Positions 19,424 through 29,439 of a stretch of DNA of 64,000 nucleotides are shown piece after piece. Every line of letters begins with the position of its first letter. The first letter of the stretch is position 1. Source of the DNA: Acidobacteriota bacterium. Lineage in GTDB: Bacteria > Acidobacteriota > UBA890 > WLXD01. A model generated the notes under the pieces. That model ran no database searches, had not been told where the DNA came from, and was given only the letters and a program-made list of their open reading frames with translations. The position numbers and the translations under genes were made by a program. The stretch covers positions 256,001 to 320,000 of the forward strand of contig CAXWPH010000006.1 in the NCBI GenBank assembly GCA_963666055.2. The letters are read 5' to 3'.

Positions 19424-22112
19424 GAACCCGGCACCAAACTAGGCCACTACGAGATCCTCGCCCCGCTAGGTGAAGGCGGCATGGGGCAGGTGTACCGAGC
19501 ACGCGATACGACGCTGGATCGTGATGTCGCCATCAAGGTATTGCCGGAAGACTTCGCCAGCGACCCTGGCCGACTGGCTCGGTTCGAGCGGGAAGCCAAG
19601 TTGCTCGCCTCCCTGAACCACCCCAACATCGCCACCATCTTCGGCTTCGAGGAATCGGACGGTGTGCGCTTCATCGCCATGGAACTGGTCGAGGGGGCAG
19701 AGCCTCGCCGAGCGCATTGAAGCCTCTGGACGCATCGACGTCGATGAGGCATTGGAGATCGCCCGCCGGATCGCCCTGGCGCTCGAAGCGGCTCACGAAG
19801 CCGGCGTCATCCACCGTGACCTGAAACCTGCCAACGTCCAGGTGGTCCCCGATGGCACGGTGAAGGTGCTCGACTTCGGCATCGCCAAGGTCGTCCACGC
19901 GCTGGAGACATCACCGGATCTGAACCAGTCGCCCACTACGATGTTGCCCACGGCGACCGGCGTGATCATGGGTACGGCGCACTACATGAGCCCCGAGCAG
20001 GCGCGGGGTAAACCACTCGATAAGCGCACCGACATCTGGTCGTTCGGCTGCGTGCTGTACGAGATGCTGACGGGTCGGACTCCCTTTGCGGGAGAAACGA
20101 TCACGGATGTGCTGGCAGCGATCCTCGACCGGGAGCCTGACTGGACTGCGGTCCCGGTCACCAGCTCACCGATCATCCAGCTTCTACTGCGGCAATGCCT
20201 GGAGAAGGCCCCTGATCGCCGGCTGCATGACGTTGCCGATGCACGGATTAGCATCGCGAACGCCATCGCCGATCCAGACGGAGGCATCGCTCGACTGACG
20301 GAGACCGATGAGGTCGTGAAGCCCTTCTGGCGGCGCTCGATCCCGGCATCTGCGGCAGCCGCCATCGCCGCAGCAACAGCCCTGGTGGTGTGGGTCCTGG
20401 CGCAGCAAGGCATTCAGCCACCTAAACCACCCATGACCACCAAGCTGAACATCGTGATGCCATCGTACGTTCAGATGCAGGCCGGCGGACTCCCCGCACC
20501 TCTCGCTATCTCACCCGACGGCACAACGCTGGTCTATGGAGGGATCGAAGGTGGCCTGGGCCGGCTCTATCTGAGGCTGACAAATGAGCTATCGGCTACT
20601 CCGTTGACCGGCTCCGAAGGCGGCTACAATCCATTCTTCTCGCCGGACGGCGAATGGATCGGCTTTGCCGCCAACAACAAACTGTTGAGGGTCTCTGCCA
20701 GCGGCGGTCCACCGCTGCCCATCAGCGACATCGTGGCACTGCGGGGGGCGAGCTGGGCTCCGGACGACACGATCATCCTGGCGCCGGGTCTTACATCCGG
20801 TCTGGCGCAAGTATCCGCAGCCGGGGGGGAGCTCCAAGCCATCACAACCGTGAATCCTGACAGGGGGGAGGATTCTCACCGCTGGCCGCAGGTGTTGCCG
20901 GACGGCAAGACGGTGCTGTTCAACATCGTGACCAGTCCTCGATACGACGAGGCGGAGATCGCGTTGCTGTCTCTGGAGACCGGCGAGATCGCGGTGCTGC
21001 CGGTGGTCGGAGCGGACCCCTACTACGTTCCCACCGGCCATCTGGTCTTCGGGCGTGGGCGATCCTTGCTGGCGGTTCCATTCGATCTGCAGCGGCTCGA
21101 AGTAACCGGTGCTGCTGTCGTCGTCGTAGAGGGCGTTTTCATCACGGTCGAGGGGCCAGGATCCGCATATTTTGCTGTCTCCGCCGCCGGAACACTTGTC
21201 TACAAACCGGCTCTTCCGAGTGATCGCAGACTCGTTCTAGTTGATCGGCAGGGTAAAGAGCAGCCGCTGCAACTGCAGCCAGGACCATTCACTGCGCCGC
21301 GCTTCTCTCCTGATGGCCGGCAAATCGCCTACGAGATCGACGGAGACATCTGGATCCAAGACTTGGATCGAGCGACATCCGATCGGTTCACTACCGATCC
21401 TGCCAACGACAACACCCCGTTATGGACACGTGACGGCGAGAGCCTGATCTTCAGCTCCAGTCGGGTCGGTTTTTCGGACCTTTTCCGTAAGCCTACGATG
21501 GCGCGCTCTTCAGCCGAGCAGTTGGTACCGAGCGCGAATTTCCAGTTCGCCAATTCCTTCTCTGCCGACGGTCGCTTCCTCTTGTACACAGAGCAGGGTC
21601 TCGCCACTGGCTGGGATATCTGGGTGCTGCCAATGGCTCAGCCCGACAAACCCAGATCGTTCCTGCAAACGGAGTTCGGTGAGGCAAACGCGGTCTTTTC
21701 GCCCAACGGTCAGTGGATTGCTTACACCGCCGACGAGTCCGGCGGCGACGAAGTCTACGTGGCGCCATTCTCAGGCGAGGGCAGGCGTGTCCGGATCTCA
21801 AGCGATGGTGCTCATTCGCCGCTCTGGGGACGGGATGGAAGCGAACTCTTCTTTTGGAGTCCAGGCGCCAGGATGCTGATGTCCGCCCCGATTTCGACGG
21901 AGCGAGAGTTTCGTGTGGGTGCAGCGCAGCCGTTGTTTGGCGGCAGTTACTTTGTGGCCGGCGCTGCCGGTCGTATCGAGCGAGCCTTCGATATCGCTCC
22001 GGACGGTCAGACGTTCGTGATGATCCGGCAGAGCGATCAGGAGATTTCCGATATGGTTCTGGTCCTCAACTGGTTCGACGAGCTGAAGCGGCTCGTGCCG
22101 ACGGACCCGTAG
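19421..22112 (+). pseudogene. Ser/Thr receptor kinase-PD40 propeller (type B head) with a +1 frameshift
   Basis: G5 at 19693-19697 versus G4 in paralogs; the two ORFs join into a full-length kinase; may be a homopolymer sequencing error. Confidence 0.85.
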
Positions 22113-22141
22113 GGGCCTCAGCCGACCTTTGGGCGGCAGGA

Positions 22142-22165
22142 CCTGCTGATTTTCGAATCAGCAGG
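22142..22165. terminator. Perfect hairpin between convergent kinase and terminase genes
   Basis: CCTGCTGATT-TTCG-AATCAGCAGG; no U-tract. Confidence 0.5.
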
Positions 22166-22202
22166 GCAATCGACCTGGGACGACCTCGATCGGTCGATTC
22201 CC

Positions 22203-23684
22203 CTACCTCAGCCCCAGCTGGCGCTCCAGCCGCTCGTTCTCGGCGCGCAACCAGAGGGCCTCCTCCTGATCCGAGGCCCCGCCCGCGAAAAGCAACTCTT
22301 GCTCCTCATACCGCGTTGTCGCCAGCCTCACGGCCAGCCCCGCGACAACGTTGGCCAGGTCGTCGTGCCCGCCGGGACTGTGGTCGATAGAATCCCGGCC
22401 GCCGCGGGAGACCCGCCGCTCCAGGCCAACGAACTGGGCGGCGAGCCGGTCGCTGTCGAGGAGTTCCAGCCGACCGGCGTTCAGCAACGCCAGCGCGTCC
22501 CGGTAAAGGTCGCTCTTGGGCTTCGCGGACGGCTCGTAGGTGATCCCGTGGCGGCAGAACGCTTCCCGTGGCCACTCGCCGGCATACCGGTCACCGATCA
22601 CGCTCGAGACCGCGTAGCGATGGAGCAAGCCAGCGTACTCCCGCACGACTGCCTCGGGAGAGAATGGCGGCCGACTCTCTCGTACACAGTCCAGCACCGC
22701 GACCGGCTGACCGTCTCGCTCCTCGCGGTGACCGATGGCGAGTGTAAAAGAGTCCGCGCTGCCGCCAGACGGGTCCACGAAGGCCTCATAGATTATCTCG
22801 CGCACAGCCGGCAGCTCGCGGCGGCCCGGCACGACGCATGCTTCGACCGCTTCGCGCGAAACGAACGACTCCACGTCGGAGCGAAACTCGGCACCGTACT
22901 CCGCGGCCGCAGCGACCGGGTCCTCCGCATACGCCCGAGCGATCTCTGCCTCGCTGAACGCTGGGTTCAGCGTGCGCGTGTCGGCTTGGACTACGAGGAT
23001 GCGATCGGAGCCGCCCTGCCCGTAATGCGCCCTCCAAGTGCGCCACAGCTCCCCGCGGCGCGCGTAGGGTGACGACACCACCACCAGCAGTGACCCCGGC
23101 ACCCGGGCCAGCGCCGGTCTCAGTGCGCGAAGCAGCTCTACATCTGGCTCCGCACTATCACCCACCGGCAAGAATGCCGCTTCCTCGACGATGGCCAGCG
23201 CGTAGGAGCGTCCTCGCGGCGCAGCTTTCGACGCCGTGATCACCTCGACACTAACGCCGTTGCTCAGCTCGACCGACTCGCGCAGTTCGCGGGTCACCAT
23301 GCGCTCCAGCACGGGGACCGTCTTTAGGAGCCCACGCACATAGGAGAACGTGACGCGTGCCTGCTTCCGGTCCGGCGCGAAGATTCCCACATAGATCCGC
23401 TCCCCGGGTGCGCGACGGTAGGTGCGACCGCAGGCGAAGTACACGGCAAGCCGCGCGCAGAAGCGGCTCTTCCCGCCTCCGCGGCCGACCACGCCCCAGA
23501 ACTCAGCCACCTGCTCCGACGGCAGCCGGTCCCGCCCGGTTATCCGAAGCGCTAGCTCCGGGTTCGCCGGCTCAACCCCGAAGATCGCGTCCTCGACACT
23601 GCCCCAGGCGGCCCACGAAGGCTCGGAGAACTCCGGCCACAGCGACCGGAACTCACGTGGCGTGTAGTCGCGACCGTCGGTCAT
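22203..23684 (-). CDS. terL: Phage terminase large subunit
   Basis: Walker A GRGGGKS, Walker B AIVEEAAF, SSPY coupling motif, nuclease FVDPSGGSADSF and HDDLAN. Confidence 0.88.
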   Translation of the reverse strand: MTDGRDYTPREFRSLWPEFSEPSWAAWGSVEDAIFGVEPANPELALRITGRDRLPSEQVAEFWGVVGRGGGKSRFCARLAVYFACGRTYRRAPGERIYVGIFAPDRKQARVTFSYVRGLLKTVPVLERMVTRELRESVELSNGVSVEVITASKAAPRGRSYALAIVEEAAFLPVGDSAEPDVELLRALRPALARVPGSLLVVVSSPYARRGELWRTWRAHYGQGGSDRILVVQADTRTLNPAFSEAEIARAYAEDPVAAAAEYGAEFRSDVESFVSREAVEACVVPGRRELPAVREIIYEAFVDPSGGSADSFTLAIGHREERDGQPVAVLDCVRESRPPFSPEAVVREYAGLLHRYAVSSVIGDRYAGEWPREAFCRHGITYEPSAKPKSDLYRDALALLNAGRLELLDSDRLAAQFVGLERRVSRGGRDSIDHSPGGHDDLANVVAGLAVRLATTRYEEQELLFAGGASDQEEALWLRAENERLERQLGLR

Positions 23685-24127
23685 CGCTCGACCTCCACGA
23701 GACTGCTCCTACCACAGAGAACCATCAGCAGATCCTCCATGCTCATGATCGCGAGCAACTCACTCCCGTCGGTGTGCCGCTACCGCCACCTGATCCTCGC
23801 TGGCCTCGTCGCGTGCCTGCGCCCGCGCGTCCTATAGGCGCAACCGGTCTGAGCGCTTCACTTCCCCCATTGGACCCACGGCAGAGACTCGCAGACATCG
23901 TCGGGCGAGCCGGACCCACCCCGATGCTGCTGCCTCCGCCAGGCGTCAAGGCTCTCGGCGGTCAACAGGTGAGCTAGCTTGTGTTCCGCGCTTTTGCCCC
24001 TCCGTCGACTCGTGGGTCCGCTCATCCCCCACCCTTCGCTGCGCGCTGGAGCTCGAACACCCTTAGTTCCTCAATCTCTGCCTCCTTCGTTGTCCTGTAT
24101 GTTCTTCTTTCGAGCGGCGAAAGCTCG

Positions 24128-25075
24128 CTAATCCCCCCCCCCGCACGCCTCGGCCCAGGCGCGCGCCTCCCGCCAGCGTTTCTCCGGGGACAAGAACCTG
24201 AGCGAGTACTCGAGGCATCCACTGCACCGCACGTGCCCCGTCTCCGAGTTCCGCCATGCTGCACCATAGGGTCCCAATTCGCCGAAACACGGCGAGCATG
24301 GCAGCGGAGGGTGCCACCTCCGCTCGGCATCGAACCAGCCCCAGTGCGTTGCGTACCCGTCGATGTGCTCCCAAGGCTCCCGGCTGTGTTCTATGAGTTC
24401 CTCAATTTCGGCACGGGGCTCGGGCTCGCAACACTCCTGGACCGTCCTGTCGGCGTCGAGTTCCGCCGCACAGGCGTCCGAGGGGGCCAACCCCCACCAC
24501 CCCGTAAGACCAAGTTCTAGTGCCCACATCTCTCTGAGGTCGCTTTGGGCCAGGTACAGCTTCACGGCCTCGATGCGGGGATACCCTCGCATCGAAATCG
24601 CCGCCAGGTGCACCCAGGTCAGTTCCTCGAGCAATATGGTTTCGATCAGGCGCTCCACGCGACCCATCGGAGAACAAGCCCAAGAAAAACCTTCCCAGTG
24701 CCTATTCAGCCCCTCTCTTGGTCCCAGGCCCCCCATTCTGTTGAGGAGAGTCCGCACGTTCTCATGTAGCCCCTGATGGCTACAGATGTCGGCAACCAGT
24801 CGGTGGTCGACGATCCGCGGCACTTGCGCGATTGCATACCTTGAGTCGATCTCAAAGACTACCGCCCACCGTTCCGGCTCCGTCAATCTCAGGGTGCTGA
24901 AGATCGCGTCGTACGGGACCGTGCCTGGCTCATGCGGGAAGAGGTGGCTAGCAAATTCGTGGATGCGATCGTCAGGGAGCGGCGGGCCTTCCTTGGCGTA
25001 CCGTCTCTTGGCTTGGCTGATCGCTCGGTGCTCCGTCGCAGCGGTCCGTTGATTCTCAGTCTGTTGGTGATTCAT
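24128..25075 (-). CDS. Hypothetical protein of the element (Cys pairs near the C-terminus)
   Basis: GGAGGGGAGG RBS before MNHQQTENQ; CSPC and CSGC; ends in a G10 tract. Confidence 0.6.
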   Translation of the reverse strand: MNHQQTENQRTAATEHRAISQAKRRYAKEGPPLPDDRIHEFASHLFPHEPGTVPYDAIFSTLRLTEPERWAVVFEIDSRYAIAQVPRIVDHRLVADICSHQGLHENVRTLLNRMGGLGPREGLNRHWEGFSWACSPMGRVERLIETILLEELTWVHLAAISMRGYPRIEAVKLYLAQSDLREMWALELGLTGWWGLAPSDACAAELDADRTVQECCEPEPRAEIEELIEHSREPWEHIDGYATHWGWFDAERRWHPPLPCSPCFGELGPYGAAWRNSETGHVRCSGCLEYSLRFLSPEKRWREARAWAEACGGGD

Positions 25076-25107
25076 GTCGTCCTCCCCTCCTTGGGTTTCC
25101 CCGGCCG

Positions 25108-25654
25108 TCACGGGCCGCCGGTCTCGCCCTCGATCTGGTCTTCTCTCCCGAATTCGCGCTGACGTTGCTCCAGGTACTGCGCCAGCGTGGGGACCTCCGC
25201 CGGCGTTCGCGCCAGCCCCACGATCCGCAACCCGGCCATCACGCGATCGAATACGGACTCCCAGCGCTGGTGTGCCCGTCGAACCCTCCCGTCGTCGGTC
25301 AACGGGCCGCCTAGCTCGCACACTCGTTGAGCAATCCCTTCCTCTAGCACCGAGGCGCGCGCTAACGCGGCGACCGCGATACGCATGGCCATCGGGCGCC
25401 TCCTCTGGGTCGCTGTGCCCCTGATCGGCCAAGATGGCCTCGTACCGCCCCCGCACCAGCGCGGCGTGCTCCTGCCAGAACGCCGCCGACCGGGCGCCGT
25501 GGATCAGTGCGAGCGTGTTGCCGGCGATCACGTGCCCACCGGCGCACCGGTGCTCGTGCTCGGGGTGAGGCCCGGCCCCGCAACGGCACACGGCCGCGCC
25601 GCTACCGTCAGCGCGGGGCGGTGAGGTCGTCCCTACTGTGCTCTCTGCTGACAT
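25108..25654 (-). CDS. Putative small-terminase-like protein, apparent +1 frameshift near 25393
   Basis: GNTLALIHGARS resembles the GNxNAxKHG motif; continues in ORF 25108-25392; lies upstream of terL. Confidence 0.45.
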
Positions 25655-25723
25655 GTCGCAACCTTTAGGTTAGTAACCTAACTGACGTCTCTAAGTCTTT
25701 ATTCATCAGCTAGTTAGGTCCTT

Positions 25724-25742
25724 GAGTAACGAGAAAGTAACG
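25724..25742 (+). repeat. 19-bp exact repeat GAGTAACGAGAAAGTAACG (second copy at 30622-30640)
   Basis: Direct sequence comparison. Confidence 0.9.
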
Positions 25743-25846
25743 ATCCGGGGTCGCTACTAAGCACGACGAGCAGGAACCGACCGTTCGGGAAGACGGGAAA
25801 TCCCTTGGCGATAGACGGCCATTCCCTCCCAATTCCGCGATCAAGG

Positions 25847-26046
25847 CGCTACGGTTACGCCCCTTAGAGAGGGGGCGTAACGTAGCGGTTGGCCCGTTAA
25901 CGCGTAGCGGCTCAGCGTTACTCGACGTAGCGCCATCCAACCCCTTACGGGCAAAGGCTTTTCGCAGAAGGCCAGAGAGGAGTAGCGCCCGTATAACGCT
26001 CCGCGTAGTGATCGGGGGCGCTACGCGCTCGCCGACCCATGTAACG
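25847..26046. other. Candidate replication origin of the element
   Basis: Near-perfect inverted repeat at 25847-25887 and repeated CGTAGCG/GTAACG words just downstream of the replicase. Confidence 0.45.
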
Positions 26047-26050
26047 CCCC

Positions 26051-27748
26051 TCATCGGCGATTCTCCACGAGTCCGTAGCGGTCCGGTCCGGTGCCGCTCG
26101 GGAACTTCACAATCTTCCCAGCGCTCTCCGCACGAAGGAGCGTTTGCCGAAGAGTCCCGGCCTTCACGTCGTCGAAGTGCTCTCGGATCTGGCCTCGGGT
26201 GCGTGAGCCTCGACGCAGAAACAAGTAGAGTCGCTCGGCCACGGAGAGGTTCGCCGCCAGGTCCGCCACGTCGGCGAGGTCTACGGCGCGCACGTCGGTC
26301 GTATCCGACCCGAAGGACAGCTCGAAGCCGACGCTGCGCGGGACCGGTCCGACGTTGAACTTCCGAGGGTAGAGACCCACCGTCACGACGCTGTCGTCAG
26401 GGGTTTTCTCGGCCACCTTCGCGAACCATGTCGCTCGGGGCGAGTTGTGCCAGAAGGTCGAGCCGAACGGCCTGCGATCGGACCCTTCCGCCGCTTTTGT
26501 GATGTGGGCGATGTGCACGCTGCCAATGGGGCCGAGCTGGCGGACCACCTGGAAGTAGGCCATAGCCACCTCGGCCGACTCTGGTGCGCCCGCGCAGGCG
26601 TATGCGACAGAGTCAAAGCCGACAAATTCGAGCGCTCGGTCTCGAACCCAGCGGCGGAGGCGCTCGGCCTCGGCCACGATGGGGCGGATGCAACGCAGGT
26701 ACCGGATCTCGGGTAGCTGGTCCGGGAATAGTCGTCCCAGGCGTCCCCGATGGTCTCCCGCGGTCAGCTCCCAGTCCGCCAGGCCCACGGAGAGCCCTCT
26801 CAGGGCGAGTCGTCCTAGCGTCCACAGGAGGAGGTAAGACTTCCCCGTGTCGCCATCACCGAAGATGATGCTCGGGTGTCGGCGCGGGAGCCGCAGCCCG
26901 TCCACGTCGAGGATCTCCACCTCGCCGGGAGCCGCAATCTCGTGAAGGCCGAGGTCAGGCTCGCCCTCGCGATCGGCGGCGAGAATGCGTTGGTCGAGTT
27001 CCTCCAGAAGGTCGAGCCACGGTAGATCCTTCGCCCGTGAACGCTCGGCCAGGTACTTCGCCATCATTTGGCGGGTCCGGGTGGACGAGAAGTTGTATTC
27101 GCCGACCGATAGCACACCATCGAACGTCCGCGCGCCCGGCAGGTCGCACCGGACCAGCAGTTGGCCTTTGAGGGCACCCCGCTCACGCCGCAGGAAGTCG
27201 GCTTCGAGAGTGGCCGCAGCGGCGGGCGCGGTGAGCCGGTAGTGACCCTCGTCCACGGCAGCAAAAGTCGGTTTGGCGGCGTCCCGGTTCTCGGCGCGGG
27301 CGATGGAGTCGAGGTCCACGGTGAAGGTGCGGGCGAGCGCCACAACATCGCCATCGGCCGCGAGAGCTCGGTCCGTCATCTCCTGTCCTAGTCGCGCCAT
27401 GCTTCGCCAGGCGGCCTTGCTGTGAAGGATGCGCGCGTAGGCGCGGACATTAGCGCAGCGAGGCATGCCGTCGATCAGCGACGACACGAACGCGCGTCCA
27501 CCAGGAATGCCGTCGACGTCGTGGCCCAGCTCTGCCACGAGCGTCGTTACATCGACCGATTCATTCCGGCCGGCGAGGGCCGCCATCGCAGCCCAAATGC
27601 GCCGCTGGGCCTCCCCGAAGAAGTCGTCGGGTCGGAGGATCCCGGCGACGTCCGAGATACCCGAATCTTCCAGGAGAAGCGCACCGAGAAGCGCACGTTC
27701 AGCTTCAAGATCGGCCGGCATGGCGCGCTCTTGGGTCACGCCTCTCAT
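26051..27748 (-). CDS. Replicase: DnaB-like N-terminal domain plus AAA (RepA-like) ATPase and C-terminal wHTH-like region
   Basis: PADLEAERALLGALL...LRPDDFF; Walker A GDGDTGKS; FDSV; AHITK; PFGS. Confidence 0.8.
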   Translation of the reverse strand: MRGVTQERAMPADLEAERALLGALLLEDSGISDVAGILRPDDFFGEAQRRIWAAMAALAGRNESVDVTTLVAELGHDVDGIPGGRAFVSSLIDGMPRCANVRAYARILHSKAAWRSMARLGQEMTDRALAADGDVVALARTFTVDLDSIARAENRDAAKPTFAAVDEGHYRLTAPAAAATLEADFLRRERGALKGQLLVRCDLPGARTFDGVLSVGEYNFSSTRTRQMMAKYLAERSRAKDLPWLDLLEELDQRILAADREGEPDLGLHEIAAPGEVEILDVDGLRLPRRHPSIIFGDGDTGKSYLLLWTLGRLALRGLSVGLADWELTAGDHRGRLGRLFPDQLPEIRYLRCIRPIVAEAERLRRWVRDRALEFVGFDSVAYACAGAPESAEVAMAYFQVVRQLGPIGSVHIAHITKAAEGSDRRPFGSTFWHNSPRATWFAKVAEKTPDDSVVTVGLYPRKFNVGPVPRSVGFELSFGSDTTDVRAVDLADVADLAANLSVAERLYLFLRRGSRTRGQIREHFDDVKAGTLRQTLLRAESAGKIVKFPSGTGPDRYGLVENRR

Positions 27749-27981
27749 GACTGGCTCCTGTTGATGGGCCGCGACAAGCCCGCTCCAACGAAATGTTCGC
27801 GAACAAGCTCGGCTGCGGCGGGTCCGTGGTCGTTATCGATCACGGAGACCAAATTCGCAGCGTTCACCGTGTAGCCTGAGCCGCTGAGCCGGGCAGCGGC
27901 GCGGACCACGAGCTCCAGCACCTGTCCCGCCACTGTTGTCGCCGGCTCCTCGATAGCGGTTCTATCCGCTGCTCTCGGCAC
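27745..27981 (-). CDS. Small hypothetical protein
   Basis: Fills the operon gap; ATGA overlap with the replicase start. Confidence 0.45.
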   Translation of the reverse strand: MPRAADRTAIEEPATTVAGQVLELVVRAAARLSGSGYTVNAANLVSVIDNDHGPAAAELVREHFVGAGLSRPINRSQS

Positions 27982-28183
27982 CGTTGACCTCCGGGCCCCG
28001 CCGGCGCGCGCTGATGTACTCGCGGATAGCCGCCGGCTCGAACCTCAGAAGACGCTCGCCAAGGCGCACATACGGCAGCTCCGGCGGGTCCTTTTCGACC
28101 AAGCGGTAAATGGCCCTCGGAGTCGTGTTGAACAGCTCTGCGAGTGTGGCGACGTCAAACAAAGGCTCTGGCAGCGATGTCAT
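27962..28183 (-). CDS. Excisionase/AlpA-like HTH protein
   Basis: LFDVATLAELFNTTPRAIYRLV...LPYVRLGERLLRFEPAAIREYI. Confidence 0.8.
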   Translation of the reverse strand: MTSLPEPLFDVATLAELFNTTPRAIYRLVEKDPPELPYVRLGERLLRFEPAAIREYISARRRGPEVNGAESSG

Positions 28184-28401
28184 CCTGCCCCCACCTCGGC
28201 CGAGTCCCGTTCCTCCACTTCGTCGAGGAGCGATTCGGCCGGGATCCGCAGCGCTCGGGCCAGTCGCTCTCGCTGCTCGGACGTGGGGATCATCCGCCCC
28301 CGCTCGATTGCTGAGACTTGGCACTGGTTAAGACTCGAACGCGCGGCGGCGGCGGTCTGCGTGAGACCCTGTCGCCGCCTCGCGTGTTCCAGGTTTGTCA
28401 T
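28180..28401 (-). CDS. XRE-family HTH regulator
   Basis: LEHARRRQGLTQTAAA...VSAIERGRMIP. Confidence 0.8.
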   Translation of the reverse strand: MTNLEHARRRQGLTQTAAAARSSLNQCQVSAIERGRMIPTSEQRERLARALRIPAESLLDEVEERDSAEVGAG

Positions 28402-28416
28402 CGATCCTCTAGGCGT

Positions 28417-29439
28417 ATGGACCCTCAGGACTTCCACGAGAGCCGCCGGCGATCGTTCGCGAGCCTATGGCCGGTCGCAGATGGCTATCGCATCGAAGGG
28501 GGCTACCTTCTCCCGCTCGGCGAGGGAAGCCCGGTACGGCCTATCCACCACGACGGCCAGGACGCGTATCTGCCCATGGCGCGCCCAGAACTCCCGCGCG
28601 AGCTAGCGAAAGCGGCCACGGGTGACGATGACGACATCCTCGCTTTCACGCGGCGCTACGGCCTTCTGGGCTACATGCAGGCATGGTCGTTTCCCGTGGA
28701 GGAGGCCGGCATCACGTGGATTTTCGGCGAGGACAGCGAGCAGGCGGCGCCGGGATTAGCTCCAGGGGACCCGGTTGCCTCGTTCGTCGGGCATGCCAAA
28801 ACAGTGCAACTCGTGCTCAATCTCATTGGCGCCCTTGGCGCGGGCGATGGGGCCGTCCGCGAACATGTCGAGCTCCTCAAGGTTGTCCGGGGCGAGCACG
28901 GCGGCATCCGTGATGAGGTGATCGGCTATGACGCCGCGCAACGCGGGTACTTGCGACCGGTCCAGTGCGATATGTCTGTGGGGGGCGAGCCACGACACGT
29001 TGCCCTCCGCATCATCGAGCACGTGCTCAACGCGAACCTCCCGGGCATATCGCGGCAGCTCAGCGTCCAGCCCCAAGAGGACGGCGAGCTCGGCTTCGAG
29101 TCGTTGTTCGAACCCCACAACCTGGCGGACTGCGTCTACTGGCACCTAGCGGATGCCGCGGCCGGCGGGTGGGTCCGCAGGTGCGCCGACCCGCGGTGCC
29201 AGGCGTTCTTTGTGGCTCAAAGCGCCCGCGTGCAGTACTGCCCCCCGCCGAGGGGTTACAGGGGTGTGAGCCCGTGCATGAACCGGACCAAGGTCCGCCG
29301 ACACCACAAGCACAAAGAGGAGGCAAGGGAGCGCCACGAGGCCGGCGAGTCGATCAAAGCTATCGGCGAGGCCCTTGGGCGCGCTACCGACACCGTCTGC
29401 CGCTGGGTCGAGGACGCTGATAACGAGGGAGGGAAGTGA
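28417..29439 (+). CDS. Putative regulator with CGNR-like zinc finger and C-terminal HTH
   Basis: RRCADPRCQAFF...YC...C; GESIKAIGEALGRATDTVCRWV; overlaps the integrase start; start uncertain. Confidence 0.6.
   Translation: MDPQDFHESRRRSFASLWPVADGYRIEGGYLLPLGEGSPVRPIHHDGQDAYLPMARPELPRELAKAATGDDDDILAFTRRYGLLGYMQAWSFPVEEAGITWIFGEDSEQAAPGLAPGDPVASFVGHAKTVQLVLNLIGALGAGDGAVREHVELLKVVRGEHGGIRDEVIGYDAAQRGYLRPVQCDMSVGGEPRHVALRIIEHVLNANLPGISRQLSVQPQEDGELGFESLFEPHNLADCVYWHLADAAAGGWVRRCADPRCQAFFVAQSARVQYCPPPRGYRGVSPCMNRTKVRRHHKHKEEARERHEAGESIKAIGEALGRATDTVCRWVEDADNEGGK

Noticed and set aside
24128-25654. Single 508-aa ORF
   Set aside because: The middle part is low-complexity off-frame sequence; a strong RBS at 25075 and an alternative ORF at 25108-25392 indicate two genes fused by a frameshift
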